A stretch of 64,000 bases of DNA from a virus. The translations under genes and the position numbers were made by a program. The stretch covers positions 1 through 64,000 of the IMG/VR virus record IMGVR_UViG_3300011114_000773. One strand, written 5' to 3'. This document shows, piece after piece, positions 8,799-17,946 of this stretch (positions within the stretch are counted from its first letter, which is position 1; the number at the start of each line of letters is the position of its first letter). The notes under the pieces are model-generated. The model was not told the DNA's origin, searched no databases, and was given only the letters and a program-made list of their open reading frames with translations.

Positions 8799-9967
8799 TA
8801 GCTTTTGAAGCAGTTATTAAGGTCAATACGGGCGTAATTGGGTTTATTCTTTCCAGTAAGCCCATTATAATATACTGTGAAGATTTTCCCGATATAAGAC
8901 TCCTTCTGTTTCCAGAATAGCAAGGTCAAATCATCTCCCCCAATGAATGAGGCGTTAAAAGTATCCGTTCCGTCAGCAAAGAGTTTTCCATCAATGCGCT
9001 GGCACGTTGCGGTCGAAGCTCTATTTGCGTCGTTTCCGTCTCCGTCTTGGATACTCAATACTCTAAATTCGGCATCGTCTATGGGTTTATATTTCAGCAG
9101 ATATTTACTCCTCTTATCTTCATAAGGAGAGTCTAAAATCCTAATAATCGCACCTTCTTGCTTATCATCCAAAAATCCATTATAGACTTTATTCAATTCG
9201 TCTGCCGATTTCACTATCCAAGTATGGACCTTCGGAAAAAATGTGGTGTCAGCCAGTAGCGAGCAAGCGTCGATAGCGTCTTTTCTTGTCGAATAACCAT
9301 CCTGCATTGTAGAAAGAATATTTAACTTGCCACGGATAGGAAGGCCAAATCCGTCATAAATATAGAACTTAATCAGTTCCTTGCTGCGAGCCAAATCTGC
9401 TTCTGTAAAGTGGACCGTCTTGCGAAGTAGTTCCATTATCTCGTTCAACCTCTGCCGCAGGCCATAATTGAAGCCTTCTCCGTCGAGTATAGCTTCTGGA
9501 TATGCGGCAAAAAATGGCTCCAGAGCCTTCTCAATATGAGGTATGCACATATACCGCTCACCTTTGCGAGAAAATAGGCCGATTTTTCGGGCCACGATGC
9601 GACCCCCATTATACTTAATCTGGACTCCGACTCCATCGGTCATATCAATCTGATAGTCCTTATAGTTCTTCGCGAGCATAGGTTGGAAGAATTTGGGAGT
9701 GTCGATTTCTTCTATCGACCGTGAATATCCTCCAGATTTTAGTTGCTTCTTGTATTTAGCTTCGATTTCTAAAGCCGCCTGATTTTCAGCAGTTGTTTCA
9801 TTTCTCTTTCCGATATTCTTAGGAAGAGCAATTGTCGGAGCGCTCTCAGTCTTCTCTCCGAACTGCTGGCCAAAAACAGACCTATATTCGCTACCGACTT
9901 GCACAACGTACCAAGTCTGTACTGCTCCCGTATTGGTTCTTGCGAATAGAGTTGGGTGAATTATCAT
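8798..9967 (-). CDS. lig: ATP-dependent DNA ligase
   Basis: PMLA, motif I KYNGGR, LDGE, YD, EGAIIR, KRS..LLKYK, OB-fold C-terminus. Confidence 0.9.
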   Translation of the reverse strand: MIIHPTLFARTNTGAVQTWYVVQVGSEYRSVFGQQFGEKTESAPTIALPKNIGKRNETTAENQAALEIEAKYKKQLKSGGYSRSIEEIDTPKFFQPMLAKNYKDYQIDMTDGVGVQIKYNGGRIVARKIGLFSRKGERYMCIPHIEKALEPFFAAYPEAILDGEGFNYGLRQRLNEIMELLRKTVHFTEADLARSKELIKFYIYDGFGLPIRGKLNILSTMQDGYSTRKDAIDACSLLADTTFFPKVHTWIVKSADELNKVYNGFLDDKQEGAIIRILDSPYEDKRSKYLLKYKPIDDAEFRVLSIQDGDGNDANRASTATCQRIDGKLFADGTDTFNASFIGGDDLTLLFWKQKESYIGKIFTVYYNGLTGKNKPNYARIDLNNCFKS

Positions 9968-9975
9968 AACTAAGT

Positions 9976-10446
9976 CTAGCAAAACTGTCCGCGAATGTCA
10001 ATGCCTAATTCTTTTCTGATACGCGAGCACACGGACTTTAGTAAATCAGGAGTTTCAAAAGGATTCTGCGACGCTGGCCATTCCCTGAGAGCGACGGCGA
10101 GTTTCTGATTAGCAAGCCAAATTTCTCCGGGTTTAAATCGAAAACTCTGTTCCGACAGATGAATCGGTATGCCATACCCATTATCGTTTAGTAATGGCGA
10201 CTTAGATAAATATATCGGAGAAAGACGTGCATCGAATTGAGATGCCGTGATGTCTAAAAAGTGCCCCGAGTATTCACTAAAGCAGTGAAATCGGTTGTAG
10301 TGTAATACAGGCGAACCTCCCCTACTTGCAATAGCCCTATTGACTACATAAGAAGAGAAAGCGCACCATCCATTTAAATCATCTTCCGCGCCGAAATCAA
10401 GCATTATCCGTCTGATTCTTTTTAGTTCTTGTCTCGTTACCATCAT
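9976..10446 (-). CDS. hypothetical protein
   Basis: 156-aa ORF; C..HCF..DITASQF suggests a papain/transglutaminase-like triad (weak). Confidence 0.55.
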   Translation of the reverse strand: MMVTRQELKRIRRIMLDFGAEDDLNGWCAFSSYVVNRAIASRGGSPVLHYNRFHCFSEYSGHFLDITASQFDARLSPIYLSKSPLLNDNGYGIPIHLSEQSFRFKPGEIWLANQKLAVALREWPASQNPFETPDLLKSVCSRIRKELGIDIRGQFC

Positions 10447-10982
10447 GCGATTCCCCTATCTTCATACATTCTTTTGAAGCATCTCAACCCCTGCTTGGCC
10501 CCCTCTAGGGCATTGTGTATCTCGGCCTCTGGTTTGACCCCCAGCCTCTCGCAAAGACATTTGGCGGAGAATGACTCACCGAACATGCAAAATGCCACTG
10601 CATGAGTATCTACCGTCCTAGATTGGAACGGCCAGCTTTTCTTCACAGATTTTAATGAGTTAACGTCTCCATGAATATTATGCCCGCCCATAATCGCAAG
10701 CTCCTTTCCAAAAAATTCAGAGCGGATGACCTCTACCCATTTATAGAAAGCGCTAACGGCTTGAGACTGAGTTAGAAGGCTGTCGTTGTAACAATCATTA
10801 GCGGTAAACCCGTTCACGGCCAGAGCCTTCTCTTCATAAACTTGATGAGGGTCAAGCCGCATTTCGGTATAAAATTCTCTACCGCTAAGATAATGGACTG
10901 CTCCAATCGACAACATTCCGGCAGCAAAGGAAAGCCCCGAAGCTTCAATATCAACGAAAATCAATCTTTTCAAGTGCTGCAT
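10443..10982 (-). CDS. DEDDh 3'-5' exonuclease
   Basis: DIEASG, GHN..D, DT, HNAL. Confidence 0.85.
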   Translation of the reverse strand: MQHLKRLIFVDIEASGLSFAAGMLSIGAVHYLSGREFYTEMRLDPHQVYEEKALAVNGFTANDCYNDSLLTQSQAVSAFYKWVEVIRSEFFGKELAIMGGHNIHGDVNSLKSVKKSWPFQSRTVDTHAVAFCMFGESFSAKCLCERLGVKPEAEIHNALEGAKQGLRCFKRMYEDRGIA

Positions 10983-11235
10983 AATTAATCATGTTATACC
11001 CTCGCCGCGCTCGCTTGCAATTAATGCGGAACTTCTCAGCGACTCTTTTTGGACAATATGCTTTGACCTTTAATCCCATCCACAAGCGCCTGCCAGACGT
11101 ATCTTGGTATCCGTTTAAATGGCTCACGCACGACAAGAAGTTGTAATATTCCGATGTACTAATCGAAATAGATAACGGGACTTTGCCGAGTCTCTGCTTT
11201 GCAATCAATCGTTTAAGCACGTCGTCAGTAGTCAT
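10951..11235 (-). CDS. hypothetical protein
   Basis: 94-aa ORF in operon. Confidence 0.5.
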   Translation of the reverse strand: MTTDDVLKRLIAKQRLGKVPLSISISTSEYYNFLSCVSHLNGYQDTSGRRLWMGLKVKAYCPKRVAEKFRINCKRARRGYNMINYAALEKIDFR

Positions 11236-11372
11236 ATCTGGAAGTCTATCGGACTCTTATCGGGGACCGCTTCGCCGACTATGTGCCCGCATGTCCGGCA
11301 AACGCTATATGACGATAGCATGTTCCCGAGACAAGCCGCGCATATTTTGATTATTTTTTTTAGTCTAGGCAT
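11232..11372 (-). CDS. small zinc-ribbon protein, 46 aa
   Basis: MPRLKKIIKICAACLGNMLSSYSVCRTCGHIVG...; fills the gap and overlaps both neighbours. Confidence 0.5.
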   Translation of the reverse strand: MPRLKKIIKICAACLGNMLSSYSVCRTCGHIVGEAVPDKSPIDFQI

Positions 11373-12133
11373 CTATCAAGAGCTTCAATGGAACCTGCGA
11401 TATATTTTTTGACTTTTGGGAAGTCTTTTTCGTAACCCTTGTTTCCGAACATCCTTAGTTCAATGCGCGACTCAGGCTTCCTGACCAATTCCCAGTTCCT
11501 CAAGCTAACCGCTTGATATTTTTCACGACTCACGGCATTCTGAATGACGGGGATGCCATATTCATCTAGCGGCTTTCTCTTTCCACCATCACCGAGCGAA
11601 TTGAGATACCAAATCAATTTATAGACCTGATTTGCAGTTAGTAATCTTCCAGATTCGCAAGTCTTAATTATGGGACTTTTATCATTTATGACTTTGCAGT
11701 AGTAATTGTTTTCTCGTCTAAAAGCCTTAGCAATAGTTCTCCAATATGGATGAGACTGAACTCTGAATAAATTTACCCTATCATATACGGCGTCGGACTC
11801 GGGAGAGAAATTGGCGTGAAGTCCGCAAGTGGCATTAGTCTGGACTGTTGACTCGCTCATTGCAGTGAAGCATTTCTCCAGTATGGATAAAGAATCTCTT
11901 GAATAAATTGCTGGAGTTTTGACCTCTAGCGGGGAATGGACATAGTTAGAGAGTCCGTGGGGCAGCCTTCCATAGTTCATATCTATAGACCAGTCTTCCC
12001 CGATTTTAATATCTGGATGGATAGATTTTATTTGACTCTTAAATCGGCGCAGATTTTTTGTGAAGCCTTCGTCCAAACCATAAAAAGCAAACTCCAGTTC
12101 AAATCCCAAGTTCCATTTATTATTAATAGGCAT
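11360..12133 (-). CDS. amidoligase family protein (Amidoligase_2-like)
   Basis: GFELEF, DWSI, LEVKTP, NATCGLHANF, KY.AV, IELRMF. Confidence 0.8.
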   Translation of the reverse strand: MPINNKWNLGFELEFAFYGLDEGFTKNLRRFKSQIKSIHPDIKIGEDWSIDMNYGRLPHGLSNYVHSPLEVKTPAIYSRDSLSILEKCFTAMSESTVQTNATCGLHANFSPESDAVYDRVNLFRVQSHPYWRTIAKAFRRENNYYCKVINDKSPIIKTCESGRLLTANQVYKLIWYLNSLGDGGKRKPLDEYGIPVIQNAVSREKYQAVSLRNWELVRKPESRIELRMFGNKGYEKDFPKVKKYIAGSIEALDRCLD

Positions 12134-12138
12134 ATCTT

Positions 12139-12339
12139 CTAGCGAGTTAAAAATTCACAAACTCTGGCAAGTTCGCGCATTTGGAGTGCCGTCAAGTATA
12201 TTTGCGCTCCATTTGATGTTTGCGGGCATACAACACTAATTAAAAACTGTCCTTCATTTATAGAACTTCCCCTCTCCACGCGGAGAACATCGTGCCCTCT
12301 TCGTTCGTCTTTGGGGCTATGAAACTCAAAAGGCTCCAT
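12139..12339 (-). CDS. hypothetical protein
   Basis: 66-aa ORF in operon. Confidence 0.5.
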   Translation of the reverse strand: MEPFEFHSPKDERRGHDVLRVERGSSINEGQFLISVVCPQTSNGAQIYLTALQMRELARVCEFLTR

Positions 12340-12340
12340 A

Positions 12341-12649
12341 TCAATTCCAAAATTTAAACAGGCTCAGAAATTGTGAAAACTTCATCACCTTGGGGCGGTC
12401 TTCCCGCTGGATAATCGCCCGATTAATTGCTCGCTCGAATTCATCCGCCGGAAACATCAATTCTACATCTCCACGACCGATGCTTTTAACTCTAACAAAG
12501 TAAAGGCCTGCATCAGCGAGGCCCGTAGCTTTGCTATTCCTACAGAGATGAACGACGCCATTTCCTTTGTCAAAAAGAGAGTAAGGGTTTTCAGAAGGAA
12601 GAACTTCTGAGGTTTCGGATATAAAGTTTTGGAATTCTTGTTGTTTCAT
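12341..12649 (-). CDS. hypothetical protein
   Basis: 102-aa ORF downstream of TTGACA-N17-TATCCT. Confidence 0.55.
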   Translation of the reverse strand: MKQQEFQNFISETSEVLPSENPYSLFDKGNGVVHLCRNSKATGLADAGLYFVRVKSIGRGDVELMFPADEFERAINRAIIQREDRPKVMKFSQFLSLFKFWN

Positions 12650-12707
12650 TTGTATTTTAAGTTGTAGTAAAGGATACCTGTGCTTGTAAAAGATGTCAAG
12701 AGAAAGG

Positions 12708-13007
12708 TCAGGACTCGGAGCGATTGAGGTATGCGGCGATAATATCTCCGTGACACCGGACAGGTGCTCCCTTTTGCTTGCAAAAGCATCCGAGCCTCTT
12801 GCCTTTTAGTAAAAGCAGGGCCGACTGAAAGGTTTTGTCTTTAAGTAGATGGTTAAACCACGTAGAGTATCTATCTATCACTTGGCCCCTTGTCCCATCT
12901 TTTCCTATCTCAAATGGATTTCCGAAGATAGACCCTCGACCTATATAGCAGTCGAACTGACTTTCGCGTATGTTTACGACTGTGCATTTGCTTATATTGT
13001 TTTCCAT
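12708..13007 (-). CDS. DUF4326 family protein
   Basis: YIGRGS.FGNPF...LKGKRLGCFCK...CHGD. Confidence 0.85.
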   Translation of the reverse strand: MENNISKCTVVNIRESQFDCYIGRGSIFGNPFEIGKDGTRGQVIDRYSTWFNHLLKDKTFQSALLLLKGKRLGCFCKQKGAPVRCHGDIIAAYLNRSES

Positions 13008-13008
13008 A

Positions 13009-13845
13009 TTATGCCTTAGCTACTCTAGGGTCGCTCAGATTCTCGTCTGCGACTACCCGCCATTTTTTGTGATTTGGGTCGTGATACGCCCTATGTATTG
13101 TACATGGGTCGAGATTTGCCTTATTAGCCAAGTTTTTTAAGCTGTCGCCCTCAAATAGTATTAGGCCCGTCTTCTTCTCTAATAGCCTACATTTTATCCT
13201 ATTGTGTGGGGTCTTCTGGTTTTTGAAATTAAATCCGCGCCTGCTCTCGAATGGCTCAATAGTACTTGGCGGACTGCCGCTAAACTTTCGATACATGAAC
13301 CCGTTTCTGCTCCATTTTTTTCTATGGCATCTATGTATGTCTGTGTCGGGAATACTATTTGCTCTGGATGCCTCCATAACTGACGGATAGGACTCGATTA
13401 GGTTGCCAAGTAAACTATATTTTGCTACTCTGATTTTTCGAGAGCCTCTAACTCTGTTTAAAGTACACTCCTCATTCGGCGTATTTCTTTCTCCTCCCAA
13501 AGTAAGATTGTATCCAAAATTTGAATTACTGCTGTTATACTGTTTTATAAAAAATGACTCCTTCTCATTCAGCTCTTCGGGGCCGGACGCCGTATATATA
13601 ACCTCAAATGAAAAGTTTTCTAGCTTGTCTTTTGAAATTGCAAAATGTAGATAGCTCTTACACGGGTGAGATTCAGATAAGGAGTATTTAATATGCTCGA
13701 CTATTCTCCTTTTAATACGAGAGGTGACTCCTATATAGCATTTTTTGTTGACTAAATTGGTAATTTTATAGACGACTAATTTCGATACGTACTGATTAAA
13801 ATCTTTTCTATTTCTAATTTGGCTGAGATATAACAATGTATTCAC
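13009..13845 (-). CDS. free-standing GIY-YIG homing endonuclease with NUMOD1-like repeat
   Basis: VYKITN...CYIG, GYN.T.GG, Y.S..EA.R; directly downstream of thyX. Confidence 0.85.
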   Translation of the reverse strand: MNTLLYLSQIRNRKDFNQYVSKLVVYKITNLVNKKCYIGVTSRIKRRIVEHIKYSLSESHPCKSYLHFAISKDKLENFSFEVIYTASGPEELNEKESFFIKQYNSSNSNFGYNLTLGGERNTPNEECTLNRVRGSRKIRVAKYSLLGNLIESYPSVMEASRANSIPDTDIHRCHRKKWSRNGFMYRKFSGSPPSTIEPFESRRGFNFKNQKTPHNRIKCRLLEKKTGLILFEGDSLKNLANKANLDPCTIHRAYHDPNHKKWRVVADENLSDPRVAKA

Positions 13846-13867
13846 ATAATAGCATACACCAGATTCG

Positions 13868-14593
13868 CTAGAGTATAGCTAGATTGTTCTCTACCAATTG
13901 GAACTTATATTTATTATAAGCCTCCCAAGTCCAAGGGAACAACTCTTTAACTATTAGTCCAATCGCATTTGAATATTCTTGAATCTCACTCTGCGCATGT
14001 CCATCACTCCTAAGTTGCGTAAAATGCAGTAAATTTTTCAAATCCCAGCAAGTATATATCTCGGTATAGATGTTAACCGGCAAGACCATACGAGCCATTT
14101 CGCGAGCAACGCCGCACTTTAGCAGGTCTTGATAAAACTCATACTGACGCTGACAGTTTAACGAAAAAGCATCAGACAGAGCCTTATTATCTAAATCTTC
14201 CGTCTGGACGCTACTTTGTTTGTTTTTCGCGTCCTGTTTGCGCCATTTTTCCGGTATATAAAATTCATTTGGCAATTCTGTATATCTGGCAGAAACCTCA
14301 TTCAAGTTCTGCATTCTATGTCTTACGTATTGCCTCATAATGAATATGGGCATTTTTATGTTCAGCGTCAACTTGACCATCTCGAACGGAGACGTGTGTC
14401 TGTTCTTCCACAAGTAATTAATAAGTTTTTTATCGGCCTCGTCCCCCTTGCTCGGTGATTTGTAACTAATACGCGCCGCCTCGACGATTCTTCTATCTGA
14501 ACCTAAATGGTCTATATAGCGGACGTACCCGTAGTCTAAACACTTAATTGTGTAACCTTTTTCCATAGCATCTGTTGGTTTTTCTACGTTCAT
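13868..14593 (-). CDS. thyX: FAD-dependent thymidylate synthase
   Basis: AARISY, H.SPFE, RQ.VRHR...NEVSARY, E.ARMVLP, HAQ.EI. Confidence 0.95.
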   Translation of the reverse strand: MNVEKPTDAMEKGYTIKCLDYGYVRYIDHLGSDRRIVEAARISYKSPSKGDEADKKLINYLWKNRHTSPFEMVKLTLNIKMPIFIMRQYVRHRMQNLNEVSARYTELPNEFYIPEKWRKQDAKNKQSSVQTEDLDNKALSDAFSLNCQRQYEFYQDLLKCGVAREMARMVLPVNIYTEIYTCWDLKNLLHFTQLRSDGHAQSEIQEYSNAIGLIVKELFPWTWEAYNKYKFQLVENNLAIL

Positions 14594-14601
14594 AATTGAA
14601 A

Positions 14602-14898
14602 TTATTCGTAAAAATACTTCCCATCTCTAAGGATTGCCGTCTGCTCCTTCATAAAAGCAGAACCATACAGACCTTCACACACACCAGACATAGGATACCA
14701 AATACCCGATAAAGGCATTTCACCGACATACTTCTCGTAATAATCGTCCAACTTAACCACGGGAGCTTTTTCAACAGGCGGTAAGTCCTTAAGCGGAGTG
14801 GGCTGGGTATATGGATTTACATACGTCGCCTTGGCTACGATTGGTGTCAAAAACGACGCCATCAGGCCTTTTAAAAATCCTGCTCTTGATACTTTCAT
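14602..14898 (-). CDS. hypothetical protein with Tat-like signal peptide
   Basis: N-terminus SRAGFLKG, hydrophobic stretch, AKA. Confidence 0.5.
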   Translation of the reverse strand: MKVSRAGFLKGLMASFLTPIVAKATYVNPYTQPTPLKDLPPVEKAPVVKLDDYYEKYVGEMPLSGIWYPMSGVCEGLYGSAFMKEQTAILRDGKYFYE

Positions 14899-15329
14899 AA
14901 TTTATTCCCTGTTACTCTTTCATAGTCCTTGCTCATGCAGTGGTGAAATAATGCAGGAAGCCTATCTAGTTGTCTGGCGTATTCCGACTCTCTAGTCAGA
15001 TTTTTGAAAAAGTGAAAAAATACGCCCAAGAGCGAATCATGGAATTCTCTGTTAATTCTTTTAGACTTGTCCGTTGGACGGCCAGCGTCGTCGAACTCCA
15101 AGAAGTGAGAAAGGGAATTCCACTGCCACACAATCTTGACTCCTTCTTCGTTATTGAGTTCTGGAAATAGATAAAATTTCACACCAGCATCAGTGAGTAT
15201 CTTGACGGCGTCCTCAACGGCTTTATGCCTAGCCAAGTCGTCTGCTCCGAGGCTAGATTTAATCTTTTCTCTGGTTATGTCGGCGCTTGTCTGCTCCGCC
15301 TCTAGGTGTTCTTGATTAACGGGATTCAT
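14895..15329 (-). CDS. hypothetical protein
   Basis: 144-aa ORF. Confidence 0.55.
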   Translation of the reverse strand: MNPVNQEHLEAEQTSADITREKIKSSLGADDLARHKAVEDAVKILTDAGVKFYLFPELNNEEGVKIVWQWNSLSHFLEFDDAGRPTDKSKRINREFHDSLLGVFFHFFKNLTRESEYARQLDRLPALFHHCMSKDYERVTGNKL

Positions 15330-15338
15330 TATTAAAGC

Positions 15339-15556
15339 GTTTGGGTCCGACCTATATCATACCTCGTACTAAGCGCGAGTCCACGTTTTACTGGTTGCTA
15401 GTTACTTATTACGAGCTACAAGTCCACAGATTTCATCTTGGCGCTTGCTGTATGGGGTTTTGAAAGCCCACTGGAGACGCATTTGCAAGCCGATATCAGT
15501 GTTCTCAGCCATAAGTATCGCACCGTTCCTCAGTACAACACACGCCGGACCCAAAC
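15339..15556 (-). ncRNA. putative structured RNA (~220 nt) with long closing stem and internal 7-nt repeats
   Basis: Arms 15544-15556 and 15339-15351 pair (GUUUGGGUCCGGC/GUCGGACCCAAAC) and extend ~10 bp through G-U pairs that work only on the minus strand; heptads at 15387-15421. Confidence 0.6.
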
Positions 15557-15559
15557 AAA

Positions 15560-16009
15560 TCACTCAGCGAAATCTACGTCGGTTTTCGCATTGAAGTCGT
15601 CAATCTTATCTTGCAGTTCGGCGACTTCTCCTCGGCAAATAGATTGAATCTTGTCCAAGTCTTCTCTGCCTACATGGGCGTACCATATATAGGTCTTCGT
15701 CACCTCTCGACCGAGAGGTACGAGTTCAGTTCCGCTCCTCGTAGGGAGGGTATTGAAAAAGTTGGATGAGTCCTTTGCTTCAGCAAGTTGCACAAGCAGT
15801 CCTGAAATAGGTGCCGTCGCCAAAGCGATTGCTGTTTTTAGCCTGACGAGCTTGGTGCTTTCCGCAGCCAGTGTCGAAAGAATCTGTCCCATATTGACAG
15901 TAGATGTTGAGTCATCTCTGCGGCTATTTTCGCGCCTAGCGACTTCTCGCAGGGCGTTGATACTTCCGACTAGGCGGTTTTTGACTTTTAGAGCTTTGTG
16001 AATTTTCAT
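15560..16009 (-). CDS. DIP1984/DUF6847-like long coiled-coil protein
   Basis: MKI.KALK.KNRL...I..L...EN...LKTAI..A...LAEAK...LPT...LQD.ID.FNA.T pattern. Confidence 0.7.
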   Translation of the reverse strand: MKIHKALKVKNRLVGSINALREVARRENSRRDDSTSTVNMGQILSTLAAESTKLVRLKTAIALATAPISGLLVQLAEAKDSSNFFNTLPTRSGTELVPLGREVTKTYIWYAHVGREDLDKIQSICRGEVAELQDKIDDFNAKTDVDFAE

Positions 16010-16015
16010 ATAAGG

Positions 16016-16044
16016 ATATTACTGTTATTTACAGAACTTGTCAA
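16016..16044 (-). promoter_or_regulatory. leaderless sigma70-type promoter TTGACA-N17-TAATAT-N6-ATG
   Basis: -35 at 16039-16044, -10 at 16016-16021. Confidence 0.8.
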
Positions 16045-16277
16045 GAGAGTAGCCGGTATTTCTTAGTCCCATCTTCGTAAATATCTACCGCTATATCTAA
16101 CTCATCAGCTAGCTGAACTACCCAATGAGCTTTACGATGGTCGTCTGATATTTTGTCATCTTCTCTGACGGACTCCCTGCCTGTAAATGCTTTATTTATA
16201 GCGCCAAACGCATGAAACCTCTGGCGCTCGCTCAGGCTTACAGAAACGACTTTATTGAAAGTAGCTACTAGCTTCAT
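16041..16277 (-). CDS. hypothetical protein
   Basis: 78-aa ORF. Confidence 0.5.
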   Translation of the reverse strand: MKLVATFNKVVSVSLSERQRFHAFGAINKAFTGRESVREDDKISDDHRKAHWVVQLADELDIAVDIYEDGTKKYRLLS

Positions 16278-16282
16278 AAGAA

Positions 16283-17905
16283 CTAGACTTCAAGACTCTT
16301 ATTGATTCGCCCCCTAATTTCCGCAAGAGTATGGTCGATAATTAACTTGCCATCAAGAAAAACTGTCTTAAGTTCACCCTTCTCCTCCTCTTCTGGAGTT
16401 ACGCAGTCCTCGTAAGTATAATGCCCATCCACTAAGTCCACCCGGATAAGCCCCTTGGCAGACTTTTTCATGCCATCATCAGAAACGGGGTCTTTATATA
16501 CCTCGATAGCCAAGTCGTTCACAACGCCATACGTAGCCTTGATGGCCATACCGAAGGTATCCCTAGTATTATATTGGTAAGTGAAACTGCCAATTCCATA
16601 GATGCTGTTCGTGGAAGCGAAACCCTTCTCTTTCAGCCGAATACAAATTTTCTCGCCACGGGCCTTAGTAATCGAATCTCCATAAATCGCGCCGATATGA
16701 TAGTCAAGGACTTTATATCCCTTGGGACTGACGGTTCCACCGAAGATGTTCCACAGCGATTCAATTAGTCCCTTACGGACGACTTCCTTCTCCAAGGCTG
16801 TAAGCTTCTCCATCTGAGGGTGATATCCGCTGAAACCGCACAGGCAGTCAACTGGGTCCGTCCAAAACGAGTCGGGACGAATAACAAGCCTATCTACCGG
16901 AAACCCTCCGGTGCGAGCAAGAATCTCTGGCTTAAGCCGAGGAAGAATCTCAACGACGACAGAAAACAAATTATATGTGTCACCGACATACGACGCGACG
17001 CCATTCGGTACGCATTCAGTGATGTACCATTTAAGAAAAGCGTACTCCTTAACAAGGCGCGGATTAACGGACTCGGAAGTCGGCTTCTCCATACCGAGAG
17101 GAGTTCTCTCGATAAATTCTGCAAGAATTGCTTCGTAGTCCATGCACCCGTAGATGATGTTGAACGACGCTACAGCGTGCTCCGTCGCCGAGACGCTCGC
17201 TCCGACTAGTTCCTTATCAACGTCGGCATTATAGTAATGCTCAAGCCACTCAATCGCCGGAATAGTGTCCGTGCCCGAAAAAGAGAGCAAGTGACCGCCA
17301 CCGCTCGAACAGGCGGTTTCAAGGCTTCCCATTCCACGGAAACTAAAATCGTGCCCTTGCCATTGGCAGAACGACGTATCACCGACTGTTTCCATCGCGT
17401 ATTTGTTAAGCATCTTACGAAAATCCAATGCAATTGTAGCGCTGGTAATTGGTTGCCAAGTGACGCAACTCCAAAGGCTTTCCAGATAATTCACCAGCCA
17501 ATACGCATGGTCAATAGTGTTTGTAATTGTCGTGACAGGCGTACGAATTAATGCGCTAACCCCTTCTGGTAAAGCCTTGATTTTAAGGGGCAAATACCCA
17601 AGGTCGTGCAGTTTTTTAATATGCTCGGTATCGACCGCTCCTTTACCCAAGGTAGCATTTACCATTCGGAGATATTTCTTTTCAACCTCGGCCCAAGGCT
17701 TGCTAAAAAAGTTCTTTCCCCACTGTACGAGAAGATACTCTTTAATAAAATATTGGAGGCCGAACACGACAACAGTATTCAACCCTTCTACGCGGCTCTT
17801 CCGAGCCGTCAGGTTGGAATAGACTTTCTGAGTGCCCTTGGGATAGCACTTGTAGTGAGTCTGCTTGTAGAAGTCTGTTAAAGTCAATGGTTGGATGCTA
17901 TTCAT
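16283..17905 (-). CDS. nadV: nicotinamide phosphoribosyltransferase-like (Namat of NARP1)
   Basis: TDFYK, HDFSFRG, GTDT, ATEH, DTY, IRPDS, YGDSIT, GIGSFTYQY.TRDT, KKSAKG. Confidence 0.9.
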   Translation of the reverse strand: MNSIQPLTLTDFYKQTHYKCYPKGTQKVYSNLTARKSRVEGLNTVVVFGLQYFIKEYLLVQWGKNFFSKPWAEVEKKYLRMVNATLGKGAVDTEHIKKLHDLGYLPLKIKALPEGVSALIRTPVTTITNTIDHAYWLVNYLESLWSCVTWQPITSATIALDFRKMLNKYAMETVGDTSFCQWQGHDFSFRGMGSLETACSSGGGHLLSFSGTDTIPAIEWLEHYYNADVDKELVGASVSATEHAVASFNIIYGCMDYEAILAEFIERTPLGMEKPTSESVNPRLVKEYAFLKWYITECVPNGVASYVGDTYNLFSVVVEILPRLKPEILARTGGFPVDRLVIRPDSFWTDPVDCLCGFSGYHPQMEKLTALEKEVVRKGLIESLWNIFGGTVSPKGYKVLDYHIGAIYGDSITKARGEKICIRLKEKGFASTNSIYGIGSFTYQYNTRDTFGMAIKATYGVVNDLAIEVYKDPVSDDGMKKSAKGLIRVDLVDGHYTYEDCVTPEEEEKGELKTVFLDGKLIIDHTLAEIRGRINKSLEV

Positions 17906-17946
17906 TGGAAGTAGTTTATCTGAAAGTTGGGGCCAAGTCAAGGCGT

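Noticed and set aside
13009-14593. Group I intron in thyX carrying the GIY-YIG gene
   Set aside because: thyX is complete before the endonuclease; there is no second exon or room for an intron core.
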